43,212 nucleotides of DNA, taken from positions 1-43,212 of IMG/VR virus record IMGVR_UViG_3300023205_000043; one strand, given 5' to 3'. Positions 22,982 to 31,598 of this stretch are shown here, piece after piece. Positions within the stretch are counted from its first letter, which is position 1, and every line of letters starts with the position of its first letter. The position numbers were made by a program, and so were the translations under genes. The notes under the pieces are model-generated. The model was not told the origin of the DNA. It worked only from the letters and a program-made list of their open reading frames with translations, and made no database searches. The DNA is from a virus.

Positions 22982-23737
22982 ATGTCAATATTACGAGCAA
23001 AACGGAAAACCAATTATACGATTATGGGAAACATGGGCTTGAAGGATAAAAGAATTTCTTTAAGGGCAAAGGGGCTTCTAGCTTATATGCTTAGTTTACC
23101 AGATGATTGGGTTTTCTATGAAACGGAACTGACAGACCATTGTACAGATGGACGAGATTCTATAAGGGCATCATTAAGAGAACTGGAAAAATTTGGCTAT
23201 TTAGTAAGACAGCAAAAACGAGCTGTTGGAGGTAAGTTTGGTCAGAAAGATTGGAAAGTCCTTGATGAGCCTACGTTTTCACCGTGGACTGATTTGCCGT
23301 CGACGGTCAAACCGTCAGCGGGTTCACCGTCGGCGGTCAATCCAACACTACTAAGTACTAATAAACTAAGTACTAATAAACTAAGTACTAATAGTAATAG
23401 TCCGAAGTCTAAAAAGCAGACTTATGGACCTGATGATTTGAATTATAAATTAGCAAATTTGCTTTTGAATAAGATTAAAGAAAACAATCCAAATGCTAAA
23501 ACACCTAATATACAGAAATGGGCTAACTCAATCAGACTAATGCATGAAAGAGATAGTCGGTCATATGATGATATTGAGAAGATGATTACCTGGTCTCAGT
23601 CAAATGAGTTTTGGTCGGGAGTAATTCTTTCAACTACAAAGTTACGTTCAAAATATGATCAGATGTTTGTACAAGCAAACAAACGAAAAAGAAGTAATAA
23701 GTCTAAACGTAATCATGATTATGAATTGCCATATTAG
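22982..23737 (+). CDS. Replisome organiser / DnaD-like replication initiation protein
   Basis: N-terminal winged-helix pattern (LRAKGLLAYMLSLPDDWVFYETEL...SLRELEKFGYLVRQ). Internal DNA repeats. Directly upstream of the DnaC-like loader. Confidence 0.7.
   Translation: MSILRAKRKTNYTIMGNMGLKDKRISLRAKGLLAYMLSLPDDWVFYETELTDHCTDGRDSIRASLRELEKFGYLVRQQKRAVGGKFGQKDWKVLDEPTFSPWTDLPSTVKPSAGSPSAVNPTLLSTNKLSTNKLSTNSNSPKSKKQTYGPDDLNYKLANLLLNKIKENNPNAKTPNIQKWANSIRLMHERDSRSYDDIEKMITWSQSNEFWSGVILSTTKLRSKYDQMFVQANKRKRSNKSKRNHDYELPY
23297..23394 (+). repeat. Direct repeats inside the organiser gene: candidate phage replication origin
   Basis: CCGTCGACGGTCAA (23297) and CCGTCGGCGGTCAA (23327) are 30 bp apart. 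These are followed by 3 tandem 15-bp units CTAAGTACTAATAAA (23351, 23366, 23381). Confidence 0.6.
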
Positions 23738-23753
23738 TTAGGAGGAATGAGTC

Positions 23754-24521
23754 ATGGATTCTATGTCTAGCTTAATGATGCAAATGGCAAATAAATTAAA
23801 ACGTAAGCACAAACTCAATATTAATATCGAAGATGAACTTAAACATAGAGATGAACATCAAAGAGAAAAGGAAATTGAGTTTACAAAAATTAATAATCAG
23901 AACAAACGAAAGAGAATGTTTAAAAGTTCTTTAGTGAGTGATCCTGATGATTTGAAAAGTACTTTTGCAGACTTTAATACTGATAGCGATATTCAGAAGA
24001 AAGAGCTAGTGAAAGCAAAGAATATAGCTAATCGTATCTATCACGGAGAAAAGGGTAATTTCTTATTTACTGGTAAGCCTGGGCTCGGTAAGACAATGCT
24101 TGCTGTCAGTATTCTTAATGGATTAAATGGATTAGGCAATACAAGTCTAAGCTGTTACTTCCTAAGTTTTGAGATGTTCATGGAGCTTAAAAAGAGTAGT
24201 TTCAACGATAAGTTTGGAACTGTTAGAGATGATGTTTATAGAATTGAGCAATGTGCTAAGAACTGTGATGTCTTAGTAATTGATGATTTAGGTAGTGAGA
24301 CTAGCTTTGCAACTGAAGAAGATGTTAAAAGCGGTAGTCAATATACTCAGGAAACATTGTTTAGAATAGCAGACTACCGAAAGAACAAAGTGAATATTAT
24401 TACAACAAATAATATTGGCTCGGAGCTTCAAGATATGTATCATCCAAAGATCATTAGCAGATTATTAACCAAAAATACTGATAACTCCATTCAATTTGAG
24501 GGAGTTGATCAACGGAGGTAA
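23754..24521 (+). CDS. DnaC/IstB-like AAA+ helicase loader
   Basis: Walker A GKPGLGKTMLA, Walker B VLVIDDLG. AGGAGG RBS. Confidence 0.85.
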   Translation: MDSMSSLMMQMANKLKRKHKLNINIEDELKHRDEHQREKEIEFTKINNQNKRKRMFKSSLVSDPDDLKSTFADFNTDSDIQKKELVKAKNIANRIYHGEKGNFLFTGKPGLGKTMLAVSILNGLNGLGNTSLSCYFLSFEMFMELKKSSFNDKFGTVRDDVYRIEQCAKNCDVLVIDDLGSETSFATEEDVKSGSQYTQETLFRIADYRKNKVNIITTNNIGSELQDMYHPKIISRLLTKNTDNSIQFEGVDQRR

Positions 24522-24811
24522 TGAATATGGACTTAGATAGAGAATATCCGTCAGACGGATTTAGCATGGCAAAACGTGATGTAGTTACAATTGGTAACTT
24601 AGTTGACCATATGAGAATTGAGGGAAATATTGCATACCAAAAGATGCTTAATTTGAAAGAATCTAATCGAGTGTATTCTGGTAATCAAAATGTATTAGAT
24701 CAGTTAGAAATGATGTTGCTAATTAACCAAGATATTAGTAGTCAATTATATGAGGATAAGAAGACGTTAGGAATTATAGAAAAGATACCAAAGGAGAAGT
24801 TACATGATTAA
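24521..24811 (+). CDS. Hypothetical protein (96 aa)
   Basis: Start overlaps the upstream stop (TAATGAATATG context). No motif. Confidence 0.6.
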   Translation: MNMDLDREYPSDGFSMAKRDVVTIGNLVDHMRIEGNIAYQKMLNLKESNRVYSGNQNVLDQLEMMLLINQDISSQLYEDKKTLGIIEKIPKEKLHD

Positions 24812-25277
24812 TCGAGTAGTCCTTGTAGGACGACTAACACGAGACGCAGAGTTAAAATACACAGCTAATGGTGTAGCAGTTGCACAATTTACAGTTGCTG
24901 TTAATCGAAGTTTTACCAATGCTAAAGGCGAGCGTGAAGCTGATTTCATTAATTGTGTAATTTGGAGAAAGGCTGCAGAAAACTTTTCAAATTTTACACA
25001 TAAAGGTTCACTTGTAGGCGTTGATGGACACATTCAAACACGCTCATACGAAAACCAACAAGGTAATCGTGTTTATGTAACCGAAGTTGTTATTGAAAGC
25101 TTCTCACTACTGGAGAGCAAAAAAGAAGCAGATAATTTTCAAAGCAATTCCAGTCATAGCAACAATTCAAATAGTAAATATGCAGATAATGTGCAGAAAC
25201 AAAATAAGAATTCTACTGATCCGTTTGCAGACAACGGTAAATCAATTGATATTAGCGATGACGATTTGCCATTTTAA
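24804..25277 (+). CDS. ssb: Single-stranded DNA-binding protein
   Basis: [20 protein letters not shown]...[16 protein letters not shown]-fold signature and an acidic tail DISDDDLPF. Confidence 0.95.
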   Translation: MINRVVLVGRLTRDAELKYTANGVAVAQFTVAVNRSFTNAKGEREADFINCVIWRKAAENFSNFTHKGSLVGVDGHIQTRSYENQQGNRVYVTEVVIESFSLLESKKEADNFQSNSSHSNNSNSKYADNVQKQNKNSTDPFADNGKSIDISDDDLPF

Positions 25278-25356
25278 CAATACATAAATTGAATAGTACC
25301 AATAATAACTAACATCAAGCAAATATACGTCATGACGTGTAAAAGGGAGAAATAAC

Positions 25357-25806
25357 ATGGGTAAACGTAAATTAGGTAGACAGTACAAGAAATTAATTGA
25401 TTATGTGAATGTAAGAAGTGTTAACTATTTAGACTACTTAGGGGATTTATTACCAGATGTAATTAATCAAAAATCTGGAATGATAGCTGACATCAAGGAT
25501 GACTTAGACGTAACTAATAATCATTCAGATGAGTTTGACCAGCTAATTGCCATAGTAATTGATATTTACTTTGGAAATTATGAATATATTGAATCTGAAT
25601 ATTATTGGAAGTTGAAAACAGAGAATGATGACTTAGAAAACCTATATGCATCACATTATGATCATGGCGACAAAATAGTGTTAACAAGTAGTCCTTTATC
25701 GGATGACAGAATGACACAAAGTATATTAACCAAAGATTTAGGTATCAGTGATTATGGATTGTCGGTTGATTCATTTAGTCCTGTTAAGGAGTTGAGAAAG
25801 TCATGA
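25357..25806 (+). CDS. Hypothetical protein (149 aa)
   Basis: AAGGGAG RBS. No motif. Confidence 0.65.
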   Translation: MGKRKLGRQYKKLIDYVNVRSVNYLDYLGDLLPDVINQKSGMIADIKDDLDVTNNHSDEFDQLIAIVIDIYFGNYEYIESEYYWKLKTENDDLENLYASHYDHGDKIVLTSSPLSDDRMTQSILTKDLGISDYGLSVDSFSPVKELRKS

Positions 25807-26309
25807 CATCAATAGTACCAATTATTCATGAAGTCGAAGATGATTATAGAAAAGATAAATCAATGTCTGGACGTGATAGAAATCCTAGTGTTACTAATGC
25901 GCCTCCGTTCGATGAACGTCTTGTTATGATCCGTAAGAGATTTAACCATGGAATTGATGCACTAGCTGAGAAAACCAAAGGAATTGATATTAGTGGTATT
26001 CAGAATCAAATTGATTGGGGAATAGATTTTAATGCTATTGCAGCCAAAGAAAATATTCCGATGAATACGTTGAACTATTTTATTAGCATGAATGTGTTGA
26101 AAGGTAAACGTGAGTATAAGAAGGCCAAAGTTAATACTAAGATTTCTATTTATAAATTGTTGAAGAATAATATTGAAATTTGTCGAGGAACAAAACAAAA
26201 AATATCCGAATTAACTGGTATGACTACTAATCAGTTAGATTGGTTAAAAACTAAAAGATATGGTCAACGTGTAAGCCGTGGTGAATATCAATTGGAACGT
26301 GTGAAATGA
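25803..26309 (+). CDS. Hypothetical protein (168 aa), possibly DNA-binding
   Basis: ATGA overlap. Two HTH-like segments (e.g. ISELTGMTTNQLDWLK). Confidence 0.6.
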   Translation: MTSIVPIIHEVEDDYRKDKSMSGRDRNPSVTNAPPFDERLVMIRKRFNHGIDALAEKTKGIDISGIQNQIDWGIDFNAIAAKENIPMNTLNYFISMNVLKGKREYKKAKVNTKISIYKLLKNNIEICRGTKQKISELTGMTTNQLDWLKTKRYGQRVSRGEYQLERVK

Positions 26310-26470
26310 CTGAATATGCTTTATATCATGGTGACGAATTTGTTGATATTGGCACAATTGATTACCTAGCAAAAGAAAGAAATGTATTAGTTAGGACTAT
26401 GCAATGGTATCTAACTAAAACGGCTTTAAAACGGAATAGCTATATTTTGATTAAATTGGAGGAACAATAG
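26306..26470 (+). CDS. Small hypothetical protein (54 aa)
   Basis: ATGA overlap with the upstream stop. Fills the gap to the next gene. Below the track cutoff. Confidence 0.45.
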   Translation: MTEYALYHGDEFVDIGTIDYLAKERNVLVRTMQWYLTKTALKRNSYILIKLEEQ

Positions 26471-26471
26471 C

Positions 26472-26888
26472 ATGGCTGACATTAGAATTTTGACAGGCTG
26501 GACTAAAGAAGAACGTGAAGAATTGGAAGCCGCTGAAGGTAATGGCTACTACCAAACATCGATAGACGTTATTAATGCAATGACTGATCATGACGATAGT
26601 TTTAAATCTATTTATAAAAAATATCAACCTGGTTTTACCAAAGAAAATAACCAATTAGCTAAGGATATTGCCGATTACTTTACTAGTGATGCTGAATTTT
26701 CTGAGAAGGAATATTATGTGAAAATTCCATTGGTAAATAAATGTTTGTTTCTATATAAAACAAATGGCGAATATTTCTTAACTAGGTTTTGTGATCAGGC
26801 AGACAATTATCAAATAAAATTTACTGAACAGGAAATCATCGCAATTGATCCAATATACATGATGTTTGCTATCGAAGTGGGGGACTAA
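26472..26888 (+). CDS. Hypothetical protein (138 aa)
   Basis: GGAGG RBS. The EKEYYVKIP segment is reminiscent of small conserved lactic-phage proteins. Confidence 0.65.
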   Translation: MADIRILTGWTKEEREELEAAEGNGYYQTSIDVINAMTDHDDSFKSIYKKYQPGFTKENNQLAKDIADYFTSDAEFSEKEYYVKIPLVNKCLFLYKTNGEYFLTRFCDQADNYQIKFTEQEIIAIDPIYMMFAIEVGD

Positions 26889-26890
26889 TC

Positions 26891-27160
26891 ATGACGAAGA
26901 ACACATTAAGTGACTTGAACAATCATTTATTCGAGGAAATGGAACGTCTTAATGATGACTCCTTAACTGAGGATCAACTTAATAAAGAGATTAGTCGAAG
27001 TAAGGCTATGACTAATGTCGGAGATAAGATAATTCAGAATGCAAATACGATTCTTAAAGCAAAGATTGCATATGACGATGTAGATAGTATAGATAGTAGT
27101 AAACGAGCACAAATCTTACTAGGAAATGATACAGATGAAATACACGAAGGAACAGATTGA
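26891..27160 (+). CDS. Hypothetical protein (89 aa)
   Basis: Tightly packed in the operon. No motif. Confidence 0.6.
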   Translation: MTKNTLSDLNNHLFEEMERLNDDSLTEDQLNKEISRSKAMTNVGDKIIQNANTILKAKIAYDDVDSIDSSKRAQILLGNDTDEIHEGTD

Positions 27161-27701
27161 TTTCATTTATAAAAATTACAAAGGTATTAGTAGTCGGGAA
27201 TTAACCAAGAAGTTTAATAAGAAATTCAGTACAAGTCGAGAAAGTACTTCTATAAATGCCTTTAAAGGCCACCATAAATTAAAAAGCGGCTATAACAATT
27301 ATTTCAAGCCTGGAAACCAACCATGGAATACAGGAACAAAAGGATTGGTAAAGGCTAATAGTGGTTCTAGGAAACCAGCACCAATAGGGAAAATCTATTC
27401 TAGTAGCGGTCATAATCTTATTAAAACTGTTAACGGTTGGCAACAATATTCACGTTATAAGTATGAGGAATACCATGATTGCAAATTAACTCCAAATGAA
27501 CGAATTAATTTCTTAGACAATGATAATACAAACTTTGCCAAGGAAAATCTAATCAAAGTCACAAAACAGGAAGTAGCACGAATTCATCGCGAAGGATATT
27601 TGTATGATGATCCAACCTTGAATAAAGTTGGAATAAGTATGGTCAGATTAAAAATGAAAGTTAGAGATATTTCTAATGCTAACAACAGAAAAGATAAATG
27701 A
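27135..27701 (+). CDS. HNH-type (HNH_3-like, possibly degenerate) endonuclease
   Basis: GNQPWNTGTKG and INFLDNDNTNFAKENLIKV patterns. The ATG at 27135 has AGGAA 9 nt upstream. Confidence 0.55.
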   Translation: MKYTKEQIDFIYKNYKGISSRELTKKFNKKFSTSRESTSINAFKGHHKLKSGYNNYFKPGNQPWNTGTKGLVKANSGSRKPAPIGKIYSSSGHNLIKTVNGWQQYSRYKYEEYHDCKLTPNERINFLDNDNTNFAKENLIKVTKQEVARIHREGYLYDDPTLNKVGISMVRLKMKVRDISNANNRKDK

Positions 27702-28359
27702 ATTAATTGGTGTTGATGATTCATGGAAAGCGCCAGAGAAATTATTAAAAGTATTACTGAATAAATCGCAACGCGAGGAACTATTTAATAACTTTCTTAG
27801 AAATGAAACAGATATGAGTTTCGACTGGTTCCATATGTATTTTCAAGATGAAGCGGCAGACCGTAAGAAAATGAAACAAGATTTTACACCACAATCTGTT
27901 TCGATGATATTGAATAGGCTAGTTGAACCTAAGAACGATAACTATTTTGAATGTGCAGCCGGTACAGGTGGTATTGCTATTAACCATTACTACCAACAAT
28001 GCTTGAAACAATATCCATGGGACTATCAACCAGTCGAACATTATCACATGTTAGAAGAATTATCAGACAGAGCAATGCCGTTTCTGTTATTCAATTTAGC
28101 AATTCGTGGCATGAATGCTACCGTAATTCAAATTGATAGTTTATCGAGAGATAAATGTAAAGGCGTATTCTTCATTCAAAACATTAAAAATGATGCTTTA
28201 AGTTTTAGCAGTATTAACGTAATGCCATATTCGGATATGGTGAAAAATGAATTCAATATTAAGAGTTGGGATAGTCAACGATACCCTGAACATATTGAGG
28301 ATAATTTAGGAGATGTATTTGATGCAAAATCAATTAAGCGTATCAAGGAGATTCAGTAA
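27676..28359 (+). CDS. N6-adenine-methylase-like protein (HsdM-like core; no clear NPPY/F motif)
   Basis: DFTPQSVSMIL, FECAAGTGGI (motif I) and ELSDRAMPFLLFNLAIRG. No (D/N/S)PP(Y/F) found by eye. Only 227 aa. Confidence 0.5.
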   Translation: MLTTEKINELIGVDDSWKAPEKLLKVLLNKSQREELFNNFLRNETDMSFDWFHMYFQDEAADRKKMKQDFTPQSVSMILNRLVEPKNDNYFECAAGTGGIAINHYYQQCLKQYPWDYQPVEHYHMLEELSDRAMPFLLFNLAIRGMNATVIQIDSLSRDKCKGVFFIQNIKNDALSFSSINVMPYSDMVKNEFNIKSWDSQRYPEHIEDNLGDVFDAKSIKRIKEIQ

Positions 28360-29470
28360 TAATGTGGAAATGTTTTATAGAGGAACCGATGGAAAAACTA
28401 GAAAAATCAGTAGAAAGGGGCTAATTGAAAAAGTTAGAAATATGACTTTTTATGATTACTATAAATGGTTTATTGCCAACGAAAAGGAGGGCAAAATTCG
28501 AGGAGTTACCTTAGACAAGTATCTTATGACTCTGAAGTGGATTAATGAAATAGCTCCGGATATGTTGCTGATTGATCTGGAAAGTAACAGACAAAACCTA
28601 CAGTTTCTATTAGATGAATATGGTAAAACACATCAAAGAGCTACAACGATGGATTTTAGAACTCAACTTGGAGCCGGATTAGGATTTGCTGTTGATGACG
28701 GTTATATCCATAGTTATGCAAAGACCGGAATTACAATTCATTCAATTGAAGATACATGGACTCCAGAACAGATAGCAGCACAGAAACAGCAAATCAAATC
28801 TTTCAGTGCCACACAGTTTAATAAGTTTAAATCGTATGTTGATTTTAAGCTGGACGCTATGTTAGACCAAGAGCCTATTTATCACGGTGAAGATTATACA
28901 AGATCAGAAAAAGGAATGAATACAAGTACTAGTTATCAACTATATTACATGCTATTTGCTGTTTTGATTCACACAGGAGTTAGATACGGAGAGGCGATGG
29001 GCTTTGAATATTCCGATATAACCCCTGGCGATATTAACATAAGTAAAACTTGGAAATATAGAAGTACAGTGGGCTGCTTTCAACCAACAAAGAATAGAAG
29101 CTCAATAAGACTAGTAACAATTGATAATACACTTTATGAACTATTAAAAAAATATTATCAATTTAAAGAAAAATATGGAATTCCAAACGATCCGGATAGA
29201 CCACTATTAAATGAAAACGTAAGAATTTTTAACAGTACGGTTAACAATTTATTAGCAAGCGTCGAGAAACATTTGGGACTCCCAAGACTAACTGCACATA
29301 AGTTAAGACATAGTTACGCCTCATATCTTTTATATCAAGATATTCCGGCTCAAATTGTTGCAAAACAGCTAGGACATACAGATACAAGTATGCTTTTTAA
29401 AGTTTATGCCCATATTCTTGAAGAAAAGAAGCGTGCGTCAGATGAAAAGATTAAAGGGTTATTAGCATAA
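28322..29470 (+). CDS. Tyrosine recombinase (phage integrase family)
   Basis: C-terminal catalytic pattern TGVRYGEA ... HKLRHSYASYLL ... LGHTDTSMLFKVYAHI. The ATG at 28322 has AGGAG 9 nt upstream. Confidence 0.85.
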   Translation: MQNQLSVSRRFSNNVEMFYRGTDGKTRKISRKGLIEKVRNMTFYDYYKWFIANEKEGKIRGVTLDKYLMTLKWINEIAPDMLLIDLESNRQNLQFLLDEYGKTHQRATTMDFRTQLGAGLGFAVDDGYIHSYAKTGITIHSIEDTWTPEQIAAQKQQIKSFSATQFNKFKSYVDFKLDAMLDQEPIYHGEDYTRSEKGMNTSTSYQLYYMLFAVLIHTGVRYGEAMGFEYSDITPGDINISKTWKYRSTVGCFQPTKNRSSIRLVTIDNTLYELLKKYYQFKEKYGIPNDPDRPLLNENVRIFNSTVNNLLASVEKHLGLPRLTAHKLRHSYASYLLYQDIPAQIVAKQLGHTDTSMLFKVYAHILEEKKRASDEKIKGLLA

Positions 29471-29479
29471 GGGGAACAA

Positions 29480-29830
29480 ATGGATAAAGAAAAAGTAATT
29501 AAACTAGCTCAGCAATTGGCACATGTAAATTATTCCAATAAGAGCCATTCAAAGGAATTTATTCTTGAAGATATTATTAAAGAACTCAATTCAAAACCAG
29601 TTATGCCGAAAGTTTTTGATACTTGGCATAAAGAAGAAGTTGAAATATATGACAGAATTGAGGGTGAAGTTTACAGCTTAATAATTATATATGATAGAAA
29701 AACTCCAACAAGTAATGTTAAATCAGAAAATGAACTATTTACTTGGTTGAATGAAAGCTGGGCAACCAAAGAAACTAAATTTATTAAATGTATTGATGCA
29801 ATTCGATATGGCTATGAGGTGGAGAAATGA
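29480..29830 (+). CDS. Hypothetical protein (116 aa)
   Basis: AAGGGGAA RBS. No motif. Confidence 0.65.
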   Translation: MDKEKVIKLAQQLAHVNYSNKSHSKEFILEDIIKELNSKPVMPKVFDTWHKEEVEIYDRIEGEVYSLIIIYDRKTPTSNVKSENELFTWLNESWATKETKFIKCIDAIRYGYEVEK

Positions 29831-30117
29831 AAAGGGATATGTCTGATTTCAAATACTATTCACATAACGGAAGACGATGGTTAGCAGTGTTTGTTACTGC
29901 TGATAACCTTGAAGATATTTCCGCTAAGACTGAGCTGATTTCACCATTTGGCAAAGCATTCTGCTTCGGGATAATGGCAGTTGCTAGTGTTGATCAATGG
30001 CTAGTAATTAAGCTTGACCAGAGAAATGACAGACTTATGAGCAAAGATGTTGTAAATCCTAGAATATTTGAACGTGATTACAAGTATATGGCAAGAAAAA
30101 ATGAGGTGGAGAAATGA
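29827..30117 (+). CDS. Hypothetical protein (96 aa)
   Basis: ATGA overlap. Confidence 0.6.
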   Translation: MKRDMSDFKYYSHNGRRWLAVFVTADNLEDISAKTELISPFGKAFCFGIMAVASVDQWLVIKLDQRNDRLMSKDVVNPRIFERDYKYMARKNEVEK

Positions 30118-30335
30118 GAGATAAAACGAGAGAACGTTATAAGGTACAAATTGACGATATTGAATCCGTTATAGGATTAATGAAACAGAATAGCAAATCG
30201 ACTTTGTATCATTTGGATTTTGATATTCAAGCAAAGATAGCAACTCAGTTAGTTATAAACGATACTAACAATCCAATACCACTGACTGCTGCTGAATGGA
30301 ACCCTACTCCGCTTAAGCTTTCTAATGGTGATTAA
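30114..30335 (+). CDS. Hypothetical protein (73 aa)
   Basis: ATGA overlap. Confidence 0.6.
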   Translation: MRDKTRERYKVQIDDIESVIGLMKQNSKSTLYHLDFDIQAKIATQLVINDTNNPIPLTAAEWNPTPLKLSNGD

Positions 30336-30510
30336 ATCAAAATGTCTATACTGTCATGATCCTTATAAAGTATTTGATGATGGCGATAAAATAATACATC
30401 CTAATACCATAAGTTGGTGGGGCATAATGGCAAATTATTATGCTGGTAAAGTTGGAACTATTAGAAAAATTAATAAGTGTCCAGCATGTAGGAGACGACT
30501 AAATGATTAA
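30325..30510 (+). CDS. Small Zn-ribbon-like protein (61 aa)
   Basis: CLYCH ... CPACRRR cysteine pairs. Confidence 0.55.
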   Translation: MVIKSKCLYCHDPYKVFDDGDKIIHPNTISWWGIMANYYAGKVGTIRKINKCPACRRRLND

Positions 30511-30606
30511 ACATAAATATATTCTAAGCAATAGCGGGCTTTGGTATGTGACTTACATGGATGAAAAATTAGTTAGAGCAAAACGGATATATGGAGGAGA
30601 TTAATT

Positions 30607-30813
30607 ATGTATGTAGCAAAACTTGGAAAATTATATTTATTAGATATGAAGATTAATTACCTAACCAATGAAATGACAAGTTGTGAAATGACAGATGATT
30701 TGAAAGATGCCTGCATGTTCAGAAATATTAGTCCGAAAGTTATTTCAAATCAGTGGTTAATTGATTTTGGATTCAAATTCTATAAGCTTGATGAAATCGA
30801 AGTAAACAACTGA
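30607..30813 (+). CDS. Hypothetical protein (68 aa)
   Basis: GGAGGAG RBS. Confidence 0.6.
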   Translation: MYVAKLGKLYLLDMKINYLTNEMTSCEMTDDLKDACMFRNISPKVISNQWLIDFGFKFYKLDEIEVNN

Positions 30814-30841
30814 AATATTAATAAAGAGAGGAATTAACACA

Positions 30842-31339
30842 ATGACAGAAGTTAGCCTAACACCAGAATCAACTAAGGCATTAGCAATGGATATTATCAA
30901 ATACAGTAGTGGTTTTGGTAGAACTGAAAGTGAAAAGAAATTAAGAAACGTTAAGATTCTACTAGAGAATTATCGCTACTTACAAAATCATCTCGATATA
31001 GAATTACCGGAAATACAAATGGATGATAAGTTATCTGGTTATCAATTAAGCCTGTATTCACTATTAGGCTATCGAGCTAGATCGAGAGAAATGATGGAAT
31101 TTGTAAATGATATCTTCAACCAATATAAGCATATTTGTCAATCAGGTACAGAAGCTGACAGACGTAAATATAGTATTATTGATGGCCTATATCTAAGTGA
31201 AAAGCATCAATCAAAACAATCATTGTGTGAACGCTGGAATATTGATGGTTCGACATTGAATCGTGATGAACATAAGGCAATGAACGAATTGAAAGTAATG
31301 TTATTCGGTATTGATAGTTTGAATGATATTACTAAGTGA
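30842..31339 (+). CDS. ArpU-family-like late transcription regulator
   Basis: 165 aa and the last early gene before the late region. The N-terminal pattern KKLRNVKILLENYRYLQ is typical of ArpU-type phage regulators. Confidence 0.55.
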   Translation: MTEVSLTPESTKALAMDIIKYSSGFGRTESEKKLRNVKILLENYRYLQNHLDIELPEIQMDDKLSGYQLSLYSLLGYRARSREMMEFVNDIFNQYKHICQSGTEADRRKYSIIDGLYLSEKHQSKQSLCERWNIDGSTLNRDEHKAMNELKVMLFGIDSLNDITK

Positions 31340-31372
31340 CATGCAAGAATCATGCAATAAACATGCAATCAA
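31340..31372 (+). repeat. Three phased 11-bp direct repeats CATGCAA-N4
   Basis: CATGCAA starts at 31340, 31351 and 31362, abutting the ArpU-like gene stop. Confidence 0.9.
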
Positions 31373-31527
31373 AACCCTGTTTTAAAGGATTATATTAGTA
31401 TCATAGATAATTTTGGTAAGAGTTATCTATACTTTCCGTTGTATTGGTTTTTGCATTGTAAACCTCCTTTATTTTATATGACTCAATTAGCTGGTGACTG
31501 ATTCATACGCAGTGCCGGCTTAATTAT

Positions 31528-31598
31528 AGGAATTTGGTGTAATGGTAACACCGAAGACTTCAAGCCTTCTAATGTGAGTTCGATTCTTACAATTCCTA
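31528..31598 (+). tRNA. tRNA with anticodon UCA (would decode UGA); the A1-U72 acceptor start is reminiscent of bacterial tRNA-Trp
   Basis: Manual fold: acceptor AGGAATT/AATTCCT, U8, D arm GTGT-AATGGTA-ACAC, anticodon arm GAAGA-CTTCAAG-CCTTC (31-39 is A.C), T arm GTGAG-TTCGATT-CTTAC, discriminator A. 71 nt. Confidence 0.7.

Noticed and set aside
23351-23394. Short tandem repeats examined as a possible CRISPR array (also 918-1247 and 31340-31372)
   Set aside because: The units are contiguous with no unique spacers, two of the arrays are in-frame coding repeats, and there are no cas genes. No CRISPR array is present in the window.
25327-25338. 12-bp palindrome ACGTCATGACGT upstream of 25357
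   Set aside because: It is a single short palindrome with no second copy and no T-run. It could be a minor regulatory site, but there is nothing to support a call.
31427-31456. Minus-strand 9-codon ORF (MQKPIQRKV) with a perfect AAAGGAGGT SD 6 nt upstream
   Set aside because: It is too short to evaluate and no promoter or terminator context was found. The GGAGG complement may be coincidental or part of an RNA structure near the 31404-31432 inverted repeat (ATAGATAA/TTATCTAT).
31528-31598. Genome-wide stop-codon reassignment (UGA=Trp) suggested by the UCA tRNA
   Set aside because: Many well-delimited genes terminate at TGA with the next gene starting at or over that stop (2414, 12909, 25804, 29828, 32926). 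The structural genes are intact in the standard code, so only local or low-level readthrough remains plausible.
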